A stretch of DNA of 64,000 bases from Cellulomonadaceae bacterium. GTDB taxonomy: Bacteria > Actinomycetota > Actinomycetes > Actinomycetales > Microbacteriaceae. Below the pieces are notes generated by a model that had not been told where the DNA came from, did not search any database, and saw only the letters and a program-made list of their open reading frames with translations. Of the stretch, positions 46,273-55,313 are shown one piece after another. The position numbers were made by a program, and so were the translations under genes. The stretch spans positions 4,773 to 68,772 of the forward strand of contig JAYOHK010000004.1 in assembly GCA_038118225.1 (NCBI GenBank). The letters are read 5' to 3'. How positions within the stretch are numbered: position 1 is the stretch's first letter; each line of letters starts with the position of its first letter.

Positions 46273-47970
46273 TTATTCAGCCGGGGCGGTTTCGTCGACC
46301 GGTTCTGTGATGGCGACGGTCATCACCGCTGACTTCGGGGTGTTGATTGACGTACACGTCACCACGTAGCTTGCCCGGAACTCTCCTGCTGCACCGAGTG
46401 TGATCGATGCTGAAGTGGAACCAGCGGGAAGTGCTGCGTCGTCTTCGTCGTTCAAGGTTCCCCCGACAATTTCCAGGAGGTAGTTCGTCACGGGGAAGCC
46501 GCTGGGGCACTGGGCGTAAGCAGGCCAACTAATCGTGATGTCATCACCGGGGGCGTAGGGCCCTTCGGCTGGAGTAATCGCTAATGCCGAGGGTGCGGGA
46601 GGGCTAGGAATAGGGGCGTAGAAGTACACCGCAATCAATGTGTTGTCCGCCACTGTTCCCGTCGGGTTGACCCGGTAGGCAACACCGACCTTGTCTTTGG
46701 AGGGAGCGATGTTACCGGTGATGGCATCAAGGCGAAGCCCCTTGGCCAAGAGCAGCTCAGTCACCTGTGCTTCGGTCTTTCCGACAATCTCCGACTCAGG
46801 CACCGTCACGGTGACAATTTCAGGTTCTGGCTCTGGTTCTGGTGCGGCAGGTTCTTCGACCACTGGCTCTTCTACGGGAGCAGGATCCTCCGATGTGGGC
46901 TCTTCCACCACGACAGGCTCTTCCACCACGGGTGTGGTGTCGGCGGGCTCTAGTTGGGCGTTGATTAGCGCAATGGAGCCGATGACCAAGGCAATCAGGG
47001 TCACCCCACCAGCGATGGCCATCACCCAAATTTTGCGCGGGATTCCCTGGTCCACGACGGGGATGGGTTGGGTGTTTTTCGGGCCCGAACCGGTGTCGGT
47101 GTCACTCATTTCAGCACCAGGCACCGGAAGGTAAGTCATCGCTTCGTCCTCGTGACCAAGCTCGAGGGCACGGGCTGCTTTGGCCAAGATTTCTGCATTT
47201 TGTGGACGACCGGCAGCCTTCTTCGCAATACAGCTCATGACGAGCTTGCGCACGGGCTCGGGGATCGTTCCGGGAAGCTCCGGGGGAGCTTCCTTGATGT
47301 GGGCCATGGCAATGGACACCTGGGATTCGCCGCGGAAGGGTCGCCGCCCAGAGAGGGCCTCGTAGGCGACGATTCCGAGCGAATAAATGTCGGTCGCGGG
47401 GGAAGCAGGTTTGCCGCTTGCCTGTTCGGGTGCCAAGTACTGCACCGTTCCCATTACCTGACCGGTGGCGGTGAGAGGCACCTGGTCGGTGACGCGCGAG
47501 ATACCAAAGTCGGTGATTTTCACCTGGCCTTCTGGAGTGATCAGAAGGTTTCCCGGCTTAATGTCGCGGTGGACCAGACCTGCTTGGTGTGCTTGGTGGA
47601 GCGCTTGGGCGGTCTGCCAAATGATTGAGAGCACGCGCTCGGGGGGTAACACCTTTTCGCGCTCCAAGATGGTGGAGAGTGCCTCACCGGGCACCATTTC
47701 CATCACCAAATAGGCTTTTCCTTCTTCTTCTCCGTAGTCAAAGACGTTGGCAATACCTTCATGGTTGACCAGGGCGGCGTGACGAGCCTCTGCGCGGAAG
47801 CGCTCGCGGAATCCAGGGTCGCCGAAATACTCTTCCTTCAAAATCTTGATCGCGACGGTGCGACCAATGACCTTGTCCGTGGCTTTCCACACTTCACCCA
47901 TGCCACCGATAGCGATACGGGATACCAATTCATATCGGTTTCCGTATTCCTGGCCTGTACTTGGTCTCAT
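46273..47970 (-). CDS. pknA: Ser/Thr kinase PknA with extended extracellular region
   Basis: IAIGGMGEVW, HRDIKPGN, DFGIS, GTVQY; synteny. Confidence 0.93.
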   Translation of the reverse strand: MRPSTGQEYGNRYELVSRIAIGGMGEVWKATDKVIGRTVAIKILKEEYFGDPGFRERFRAEARHAALVNHEGIANVFDYGEEEGKAYLVMEMVPGEALSTILEREKVLPPERVLSIIWQTAQALHQAHQAGLVHRDIKPGNLLITPEGQVKITDFGISRVTDQVPLTATGQVMGTVQYLAPEQASGKPASPATDIYSLGIVAYEALSGRRPFRGESQVSIAMAHIKEAPPELPGTIPEPVRKLVMSCIAKKAAGRPQNAEILAKAARALELGHEDEAMTYLPVPGAEMSDTDTGSGPKNTQPIPVVDQGIPRKIWVMAIAGGVTLIALVIGSIALINAQLEPADTTPVVEEPVVVEEPTSEDPAPVEEPVVEEPAAPEPEPEPEIVTVTVPESEIVGKTEAQVTELLLAKGLRLDAITGNIAPSKDKVGVAYRVNPTGTVADNTLIAVYFYAPIPSPPAPSALAITPAEGPYAPGDDITISWPAYAQCPSGFPVTNYLLEIVGGTLNDEDDAALPAGSTSASITLGAAGEFRASYVVTCTSINTPKSAVMTVAITEPVDETAPAE

Positions 47971-49412
47971 CGGGTCACCACCTGCTCTAATACTGCCCGG
48001 GCAATCGGCCCAGCCACGCTATTTCCAGTTCCATCGGCCGCGTCGCCTTCGACAACGACAGCGACTGCAATCTTGGGGTCGTTCGCCGGAGCAAAGCCGG
48101 TGAACCAAAACGACCTACCGTCATCGATACCGGTTTCTGCCGTTCCGGTCTTACCCGCGACGGGTATCCCGGTGACTTGGCCCTGACTGGCTACACCGTT
48201 TTGGACACCTTCGACCATGATGCGGCGAAGTTCGTTGGCGGTGCGCTTCGACATCGGCGTCGAATACACCGACGGCTCGAACTCGTCGAGCACGCGCAAG
48301 TCATTGGCGAGAACTTCATCGACAAGCTGGGGCGTCATCAGCTGGCCATCGTTGGCGATTGCAGCGCTAATCATCGCCACCTGCAAGGGAGTGACTCGAA
48401 CGTCGTATTGACCAAAGGACGAGAGCATCAGCTGGGCTTGGTCCATTCCCCGGGGGTAGCGAGACGGGGTCACTGCAAGGGGAATTTCCAGCGTGGCTTC
48501 AAAGCCGAAACGATCTGCCATGTCGCCAATGGCACCCTCACCAAGGGCTAGGCCCAGCTCGGCGAAGGGAACGTTGCAGCTGAGCACCAAGGCAGTCTCG
48601 ATCGTCACGGTCTCGCCTAAACCACAGAGCCTGCCGCCGGAGTTGGTGACAATGGCCGTGGAGAGGGGAAGTTGAATCTCGGGGAGGTTCTCAAATTCAC
48701 TCTCGGCGCTGAACTTTCTCGACTCCAGCGCCGCCGCGGTGACGAGGAGTTTGAACACGGAGCCTGGGAAGTATTGATCGCCAGCGATTGCCCGGTTGCT
48801 CAGAGGCTTGGTGGAATCTGCCTCGACCGATTGGTAGTAGCTCAACACTTCGCTACTGGAGTGGGTCGCTAAACGGTTCGGGTCAAACGACGGAGTGGAC
48901 ACCATCGCCAATACGCGACCCGTAGAGGGCTCGATGGCAACGACTGACCCGGCTCGCTCACCCAGAGCGTCAGCGGCAATTTGTTGGAGTTCGTGGTCAA
49001 TGCTCAACACCACTGTGGCCCCGCGGGGGGTACTGCCGGTCACGAGAGCGTTGACTTGCTCCATGAATTGGGAGCTTGATTGTCCCGTCAGCAGAGCGTT
49101 GAGGGCACTCTCGATGCCCGCGTTGCCCTGGTTCAGGGTGTAGTAGCCCACCACTGGTGCGTAGAGCTCTGCTTGGGGGTAAGTGCGCAGGAATTTGAAT
49201 TGGTTATCAACGGGGACACTCAGCGCAACCGGCTCATTGCCTGCATAGATTTGCCCACGCTCAGCAGAGAACGACTCGTAGAGGTTTCGGACATTGCGGT
49301 CATCGTCAGCAATGGTGCGGGAGGCCAACACCTGCACGACGCTGGTGGAGAGAAACAAGCTGATGAAGAGCACCAACACGAATGCACCGGTGATCCGGAG
49401 TGAATTGATCAT
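47967..49412 (-). CDS. pbpA: Class B penicillin-binding protein PbpA
   Basis: PGSVFK, SCN, KTGTA. Confidence 0.95.
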   Translation of the reverse strand: MINSLRITGAFVLVLFISLFLSTSVVQVLASRTIADDDRNVRNLYESFSAERGQIYAGNEPVALSVPVDNQFKFLRTYPQAELYAPVVGYYTLNQGNAGIESALNALLTGQSSSQFMEQVNALVTGSTPRGATVVLSIDHELQQIAADALGERAGSVVAIEPSTGRVLAMVSTPSFDPNRLATHSSSEVLSYYQSVEADSTKPLSNRAIAGDQYFPGSVFKLLVTAAALESRKFSAESEFENLPEIQLPLSTAIVTNSGGRLCGLGETVTIETALVLSCNVPFAELGLALGEGAIGDMADRFGFEATLEIPLAVTPSRYPRGMDQAQLMLSSFGQYDVRVTPLQVAMISAAIANDGQLMTPQLVDEVLANDLRVLDEFEPSVYSTPMSKRTANELRRIMVEGVQNGVASQGQVTGIPVAGKTGTAETGIDDGRSFWFTGFAPANDPKIAVAVVVEGDAADGTGNSVAGPIARAVLEQVVTR

Positions 49413-50806
49413 CCCTCCACCCCCAATGCTCGCTCGCGCTTGGTGGCGTCATCGCTTAAGCGAACAATGAGCGCAACAATCATCCAGTTCGCCACCAGCG
49501 ACGACCCACCAGCCGCAAGGAACGGGGTGGTCAATCCGGTGACGGGGATAAGTCTGGTGAGTCCACCAATCACGATGAAGACTTGGATGGCAAGAACAAA
49601 GGCTAATCCGCTTGCGAGGAGTCGACCAAAGTCTTCCGTTCCGACATAGCCGACCCGGAACCCCCTGGTGACGAGGAGCAAATAGAGCGCCAGGATGCCA
49701 AAGACACCGATGAGTCCCAGCTCTTCACCCAGCGAGGCAAAGATGTAGTCACTTGCTGCCAGCGGCACCAAGTCCGGCCGTCCCTGACCGAGGCCGGTTC
49801 CTAAGAACCCGCCTTCTGCGAAACCAAAAAGTCCCTGGACGAGTTGGTAGCTTCCACCGACTGCGGAATAGACATCCGGGTTAAACGAATCCAACCAGCC
49901 GTTGATTCGACCCTGGACGTAACCCAGCTGCGATCCTGCGAGTAGTCCACCCACTAAGAAGAGCCCACCGCCGACCACAATCCAAATGAAGCGCTCGGTG
50001 GCAATAAACATCATTCCGAGGAACAACCCGAAATACAGAAGTGATGTTCCCAGGTCCCTCTGGAACACCAGCACCGCCATGGCCAGCGCCCACACCACGA
50101 GGATGGGGCCTAAGTCTCGAAGCCTCGGCCAGCGCACGCCTAAGAACTGCTTGCCCACGACCTGAAGGCTGTCTTTGGCGGTGAGAAGGTAGCCGGCAAA
50201 GAAAATCGCGAGCGCGATTTTCGCAACTTCACCGGGCTGGAAGTTGATCGGCCCGAGTGAAATCCACAGCGTTGCGCCGTTTACGGTCCTTCCAATTCCG
50301 GGAAGCATGGGCAAGACCAGCAAGGCGACGCCTGCCAACATAAACAAGTAGCGGTAGCGAAGAAGCACCCGGTGGTTCCTCACGACCGCGAGAACTCCCA
50401 CAAACCCCAGTAAGGCAACTGCGGTCCAGACCATCTGCCGAATTCCAAAGGCGTCCCAGCCCTCTAAGCCTTCTGCGATGTCGAGGCGATGAATCATCGC
50501 GATGCCAAGGCCGTTGATTACTGTGGCAGCGGGGAGGACAAAGGGGTCGCCATCGGGGGCGAGGAATCGAAGGGCGAGGTGCACCAGAAGTACAAGGGCG
50601 GCCAGTCCCCCGGTGTAGCTCAAGACGCGAAGGTCAAGGGAGCCCTGCGCGCCAAACTGCACAAGCGCCAGCGCGATTGCACTCACGCCGAGGGCAAAAA
50701 ACAACAATCCCAGCTCGAGGTTTCGAAGCCGCTTGGGCACCCGCACCTTCAACACCACTCGCCCAGTAAGCGGAGTGGTGGGAGGAAGTGGTTCGGCCTC
50801 AGTCAC
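49409..50806 (-). CDS. rodA: SEDS protein RodA
   Basis: FQPGEVAK, QRDLGT, PVTGLTTPFLAAGGSS; GTG at 50806 preferred over track start 50941. Confidence 0.95.
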   Translation of the reverse strand: MTEAEPLPPTTPLTGRVVLKVRVPKRLRNLELGLLFFALGVSAIALALVQFGAQGSLDLRVLSYTGGLAALVLLVHLALRFLAPDGDPFVLPAATVINGLGIAMIHRLDIAEGLEGWDAFGIRQMVWTAVALLGFVGVLAVVRNHRVLLRYRYLFMLAGVALLVLPMLPGIGRTVNGATLWISLGPINFQPGEVAKIALAIFFAGYLLTAKDSLQVVGKQFLGVRWPRLRDLGPILVVWALAMAVLVFQRDLGTSLLYFGLFLGMMFIATERFIWIVVGGGLFLVGGLLAGSQLGYVQGRINGWLDSFNPDVYSAVGGSYQLVQGLFGFAEGGFLGTGLGQGRPDLVPLAASDYIFASLGEELGLIGVFGILALYLLLVTRGFRVGYVGTEDFGRLLASGLAFVLAIQVFIVIGGLTRLIPVTGLTTPFLAAGGSSLVANWMIVALIVRLSDDATKRERALGVEG

Positions 50807-52034
50807 GAGAAAGCCTGTCCACAATTGCTCTGGCCTCATCAATCGAGTCGGCCGGAAGAGTGTCTTCCACGCTTTGTCGAATAAACAACGGAAGCTCGTC
50901 CAGTGAGATCCCGGTCTCTTCAAACGGGGTGGATAGAGCAAAGGGTCCGACGTTTTGTTGAACGCCTTGGTAGATCATCACCATGCCGTCAGATTCACCG
51001 ACGAAGTATTTGGTTTGTGTCCATTCGTAGCTCGCCACTGCGCCACCACTGAGTCCACCCAATACGACGAGGAGACCGGCTAGCCAGGTCCACTGGCGCC
51101 GGATTCGACGCCTGCGGTCTTCTTCAATGAGCTCGTCGAGGTAGCTCTCTTCCGGCTCAAAGTGTTCGTCAAAGACGGGCTGTGCACGAAGCGGGTGCAA
51201 CAACAAGGTGGGAAGCTTCGCCACTCTCGTGACCGGACCGGATTCGTAGGTCAGTGGGTTTGCGGCAGAGCCGACCAGTAACTTTTCCCGAGGCGGCGAC
51301 GTCGTCACTCCTTCGAGGGCGCGGAGCACTACGCAGGTGACGTTGTCGGGGGCGCCTTCGGCGAGGCTTGCCAAAATCAGCTTTTCGCAGGCGTCTTCGG
51401 TGTTGTCGACGCTGATGAGAATTTCGGCGATCTCGCGCTCGCTGACATACCCACTCAGGCCATCCGAGCAGACCAGCCATCGGTCTTCCGGCTCGATGTC
51501 GACGACGTGGGTGTCGATTTCTGGGTCCACGTCGACGTCGCCGAGCACCCGCATCAAGACGCTTCGACGGGGGTGGACCGCCGCCTCTTCGGGGGTGATT
51601 CGGCCGCTATCGACAAGCCGCTGGACAAAGGTGTGATCGGCTGTGATCTGTTCGAGCACACCGTTTCGCAGGCGATAAATCCTGGAGTCACCAATGTGGG
51701 CGATCACCATTTGCGTGCCCACCCGGATCATGGCACTGACGGTGGTGCCCATGCCGGTGAGTTCGGGGTGTTCCGATACTGCTTCGGTGAGAGCTCGACC
51801 CGCATCCAAAATCGAGTGATACAGCTCATCTCGGGCTGCTTCGACGGTGGAATAGGAGTGGTCTTGTTCTTGGAGATGCCGAACGGCAATCGCACTGGCC
51901 ACGTCACCACCGGCGTGACCGCCCATACCGTCAGCGACCACGAACAGGTGGTTGCCGACGTAACCAGAGTCCTGGTTACTGGCGCGCACCTTGCCAACGT
52001 GGCTGGCGGCGGCGCTCAGAACAGGTGTAACCAC
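50799..52034 (-). CDS. pstP: PP2C-family Ser/Thr phosphatase PstP
   Basis: VADGMGGH, HIGDSRIY, CSDGL, DNVT, TM. Confidence 0.96.
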   Translation of the reverse strand: MVTPVLSAAASHVGKVRASNQDSGYVGNHLFVVADGMGGHAGGDVASAIAVRHLQEQDHSYSTVEAARDELYHSILDAGRALTEAVSEHPELTGMGTTVSAMIRVGTQMVIAHIGDSRIYRLRNGVLEQITADHTFVQRLVDSGRITPEEAAVHPRRSVLMRVLGDVDVDPEIDTHVVDIEPEDRWLVCSDGLSGYVSEREIAEILISVDNTEDACEKLILASLAEGAPDNVTCVVLRALEGVTTSPPREKLLVGSAANPLTYESGPVTRVAKLPTLLLHPLRAQPVFDEHFEPEESYLDELIEEDRRRRIRRQWTWLAGLLVVLGGLSGGAVASYEWTQTKYFVGESDGMVMIYQGVQQNVGPFALSTPFEETGISLDELPLFIRQSVEDTLPADSIDEARAIVDRLSRD

Positions 52035-52038
52035 GCCG

Positions 52039-52539
52039 CTACCGCCTCAGTTCAAACGTCGTTTCACCGATGGTGATGGGGGTGTCCAGCGGAACGGGGG
52101 TGGGGATGCCTACCCGCTTTCCGGCGAGCAGGGTTCCATTGGTCGAGTCGAGGTCTTGAACCATCCACTGGTCGTTCCACAGCATCAATCGCGCGTGGTG
52201 CGTGGAGGTGTAGTCGTCTCTGACCACCAGGCTGGATTCGGCAGAGCGGCCAATCGTGAATTGTTCTTCACCCTTTAACGACACTTCGAGGCCTTCTTTT
52301 GGCCCCGACGTCACTACAAGAGTGGTGGCCACACCGCTTGGTTCACGCACATCCGCGGGGGCTGCACCGGTTGCAACGGCAGCGGACTCAGAATTTTTCG
52401 GCCGCTGCGCGGCTTGTTCAACCCGGCGCATGGTGGGCCCGAACAAATCAGTTCGTAGTGCGTAGACGATGGCAAAAATGAATGCCCACAGCACAGCGAG
52501 GAATCCAAGCTGCAACACAAACAGCGTTAACGGGCTCAC
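52039..52539 (-). CDS. fhaB: FHA domain protein FhaB (FipA)
   Basis: N-terminal TM; IGR, STHHA, DLDSTNGT. Confidence 0.93.
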   Translation of the reverse strand: MSPLTLFVLQLGFLAVLWAFIFAIVYALRTDLFGPTMRRVEQAAQRPKNSESAAVATGAAPADVREPSGVATTLVVTSGPKEGLEVSLKGEEQFTIGRSAESSLVVRDDYTSTHHARLMLWNDQWMVQDLDSTNGTLLAGKRVGIPTPVPLDTPITIGETTFELRR

Positions 52540-53261
52540 GGTGTCTCCTGGGGCCTTCTCGATCGTCCCGATTCCACGAGCGCCTGGTAGTGCGCTTGCT
52601 GCTGGGGAATTACCCCCATCAGGATACGCGCCTCACCGGCGGTGATGGTGCAGCGGTCGGGCAAGGCGGCCCGCTCCACCCGCTGACCATTGAGCTCCGT
52701 GCCATTGGTGGAGTTGAGGTCGACTAGTTCTGCCCGTTTGCCATCCCAGACAATCTCGAAATGGCGCCTCGAGAGGCCTCGTCCTTCAATGACAACATCG
52801 GCGTCAGAGCCACGGCCGACAACTGTTCGTCGCTGCACCAAGGGGTATCTCGCCCCCTCCACATCCAAGACCGGAATCCAGACCACGCCGTCTTTAGGCA
52901 AAATCGCGTGGACGCTGACCATTCCCTCACTGAGTGACTCATCAACATCCATGGCGATTCGCAGCGACTCGGAGGATTGGTAGCCCTGACGAGCGCGGTG
53001 AGCATTGAGCTCTGAGGCGATCTCTGACGTGAGATCGTGGCCGATTTCTCCCAGGCGCTCAAAGTCCACGGCGCTGAGTGCAACAACGTATTCGCTGGGA
53101 ACCAGGGTGCGCTCGCGGGAGACGATCGTGGCCCTGGAGTCCATTTCGCGCTTGAGTGCAGACACGATTTCTAAGGGGTGGACACCGCTTTTGAAGGTTT
53201 TTGCGAAGGCGCCACCAACTGCGCGCTCCAGTGAACGCTCAAAGTTGTCGAGAAAGCCCAC
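52536..53261 (-). CDS. fhaA: FHA domain protein FhaA (DUF3662 + FHA)
   Basis: MGFLDNFERSLERAVGGAFAK; VGRG..SRRH..NSTNG. Confidence 0.93.
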   Translation of the reverse strand: MGFLDNFERSLERAVGGAFAKTFKSGVHPLEIVSALKREMDSRATIVSRERTLVPSEYVVALSAVDFERLGEIGHDLTSEIASELNAHRARQGYQSSESLRIAMDVDESLSEGMVSVHAILPKDGVVWIPVLDVEGARYPLVQRRTVVGRGSDADVVIEGRGLSRRHFEIVWDGKRAELVDLNSTNGTELNGQRVERAALPDRCTITAGEARILMGVIPQQQAHYQALVESGRSRRPQETP

Positions 53262-53383
53262 ACCACTCCCTTAATTGGCCTGCCTCGATGGTAGTCGGGC
53301 GGGCTGTGCTGTGGTTTTTGGCCCAGTGAGACGGGCCCTCGCTGTGCTAACCTCAGTCGTTGCACGCGAGTCGTGCACTCACT

Positions 53384-53470
53384 GCGCGAGTGGCGGAATT
53401 GGCAGACGCGCTGGCTTCAGGTGCCAGTGCCCGCAAGGGCGTGGGGGTTCAAGTCCCCCCTCGCGCACCA
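53384..53470 (+). tRNA. tRNA-Leu(CAG)
   Basis: GCGCGAG acceptor stem, anticodon arm CTGGC-TTCAGGT-GCCAG, long variable arm, GTTCAAGTCC T loop, encoded CCA. Confidence 0.97.
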
Positions 53471-53474
53471 GTGA

Positions 53475-55016
53475 TTAACGGCGAAATATCCCCAACATTC
53501 GCAAACCGAGGGTCATTGCCCTGGTGAATTTTTCGTCGTTCCACCCACGAGGCGCGTCAATATTGGTGAGCCGTTGACGAGCAACGGTTTGAGACTCGGC
53601 GTACTTTCTAATTCCTTCTGGCCCGTGCCGTCTCCCAATGCCGGATTTCTTCATTCCACCCATAGGTGCATCGGTTGACGCCCACGTCGCGGTGAAGCCT
53701 TCGTTGACGTTGACACTTCCGGCTTGTATCCGCGTGGCGACTTTACTCGCGCGAGCAGCAGATCCCCACACACTGGCATTGAGGCCATAGTCACTGTCGT
53801 TTGCCCGTGAAATCGCCTCCTCGTCTGAATCAAATGGGGTGATGGCGATGACAGGACCAAAGGTTTCTCCTCGGCAGATCATCATTTCTTCGCTGATGTC
53901 CTCCAGCAAAGTGGGCTCATAGACCAGGGGGCCGATGTCTGGGCGAGCCTTGCCTCCGGTGAGAACACGCGCTCCATGGCGAACCGCGTCGTCTACGTGT
54001 GCAGATACTTTGACGAGTTGATCACGGGAAATGAGTGAGCCGATGTCGTAGCTGTAGTCAAAGCTGGTTCCTAATCGAAGCGACCCGACTCGGTCAGTTA
54101 GTGCAGACACGAACTCCTTGTATATGGATCGGTCGACGTAAAGGCGCTCGATGCTCATGCACAACTGGCCCGCGTTTGAAAAGGCTGCTGTGATTACCCC
54201 ATCGATGGCGCGTTGTTGATTGGCGTCTGCCAACACCACCATTGCGTTTTTTCCGCCGAGTTCTGCCGAAAAGTCCGTGAGTCTCGCAGCGGCTTGTTGT
54301 GCAACGAGTGCCCCTGTTTGTGTGGAGCCGGTGAACATAACGAAGTCACCAATGTCAATAAGCGCGGGTCCCACGAGCGATGCCTCACCGGTAATGGCGA
54401 GGATGAGGTCGCGGGGCAGACCCGCTTCCACCATCAAAGAAATCCCGAGCAAAGCCGAAAGCGTCGTCTTCGGGTCTGGCTTGAGCACGACTCCGTTTCC
54501 CGCAATTAGCGCGGGAATAGCATCGCTCACCGGAAGGGTGAACGGGTAATTCCACGGGCTAATCATCGACACCAACCCGCGTGGTTGGTAGTGAACCCGG
54601 GTTGTCGTCAACAGCGGCAGTGCTCCCTGACGGCGCTCCGGAGCCAACTGCCGCGGACCGTGTGATGCGTAGTACAACGCGGTCATTGATACGTCGGCTA
54701 CTTCATCAAAGGCGCTGCGACGAGACTTGCCAGTCTCCCATTGGATGACGTCGAGGATGTCATCTTGTCGCTCGAGTACGAGCGAGTGAAGCTTCCGCGC
54801 GAACTGAGCTCTCTCCGACAGGGGTTTTTGAGCCCAGTCGCGTTGGGCCAGACGCACTCGCTTGGCAGCAGCCGTGACATCGCCAGCAGTGGCTTGCGGG
54901 ATATCCACTGATTCTCCTGGGCGAACGGGTGATGTGACGGAGATCTTTCGCCGCGAGGGCGGGGTGGCGAGATAGTGCTGAAGCCCAGCCAAGAGGTGGG
55001 CGGGGTTCATAGCCAT
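53475..55016 (-). CDS. NAD(P)-dependent aldehyde dehydrogenase (succinate-semialdehyde dehydrogenase-like)
   Basis: SPWNYP, FTGST, ELGGKN, NAGQLC, ETFGP; start at 55016 or 55010. Confidence 0.92.
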   Translation of the reverse strand: MAMNPAHLLAGLQHYLATPPSRRKISVTSPVRPGESVDIPQATAGDVTAAAKRVRLAQRDWAQKPLSERAQFARKLHSLVLERQDDILDVIQWETGKSRRSAFDEVADVSMTALYYASHGPRQLAPERRQGALPLLTTTRVHYQPRGLVSMISPWNYPFTLPVSDAIPALIAGNGVVLKPDPKTTLSALLGISLMVEAGLPRDLILAITGEASLVGPALIDIGDFVMFTGSTQTGALVAQQAAARLTDFSAELGGKNAMVVLADANQQRAIDGVITAAFSNAGQLCMSIERLYVDRSIYKEFVSALTDRVGSLRLGTSFDYSYDIGSLISRDQLVKVSAHVDDAVRHGARVLTGGKARPDIGPLVYEPTLLEDISEEMMICRGETFGPVIAITPFDSDEEAISRANDSDYGLNASVWGSAARASKVATRIQAGSVNVNEGFTATWASTDAPMGGMKKSGIGRRHGPEGIRKYAESQTVARQRLTNIDAPRGWNDEKFTRAMTLGLRMLGIFRR

Positions 55017-55088
55017 AGTGCCTATGCTGGTGCCATCAGCTGGCAAAATCCAGCATGCTCTGGAACTGGGTATGCCGAAGGAGGGCTC

Positions 55089-55313
55089 ATGAAGACCGTC
55101 GTTGAAGTCTCGGGGATGACGTGTAACCATTGCGTTGAGTCAGTCACCGCAAAGACCAAAGAAATTCCTGGCGTGAGCGAGGTCTCCATCAACTTGGTAA
55201 AGGGCGGAAACTCAGCCGTCACCGTCACCCACGAAGGGGATGTTCTCGGGCCCCTCGCCGGGGCTATCGCTGATGCGGGCTACACCCTCGAGGCGGTTAC
55301 CGAACAATCGTGA
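55089..55313 (+). CDS. copZ: Copper chaperone (HMA domain)
   Basis: GMTCNHC; GGAGG SD before ATG 55089. Confidence 0.92.
   Translation: MKTVVEVSGMTCNHCVESVTAKTKEIPGVSEVSINLVKGGNSAVTVTHEGDVLGPLAGAIADAGYTLEAVTEQS

Noticed and set aside
53384-53475. tRNA-Leu as an integration site for a mobile element
   Set aside because: No integrase and no duplicated tRNA 3' end seen; the next gene's stop codon is 4 bp away
55017-55088. CsoR operator upstream of copZ
   Set aside because: No convincing TACC..GGTA palindrome and no csoR gene in the window
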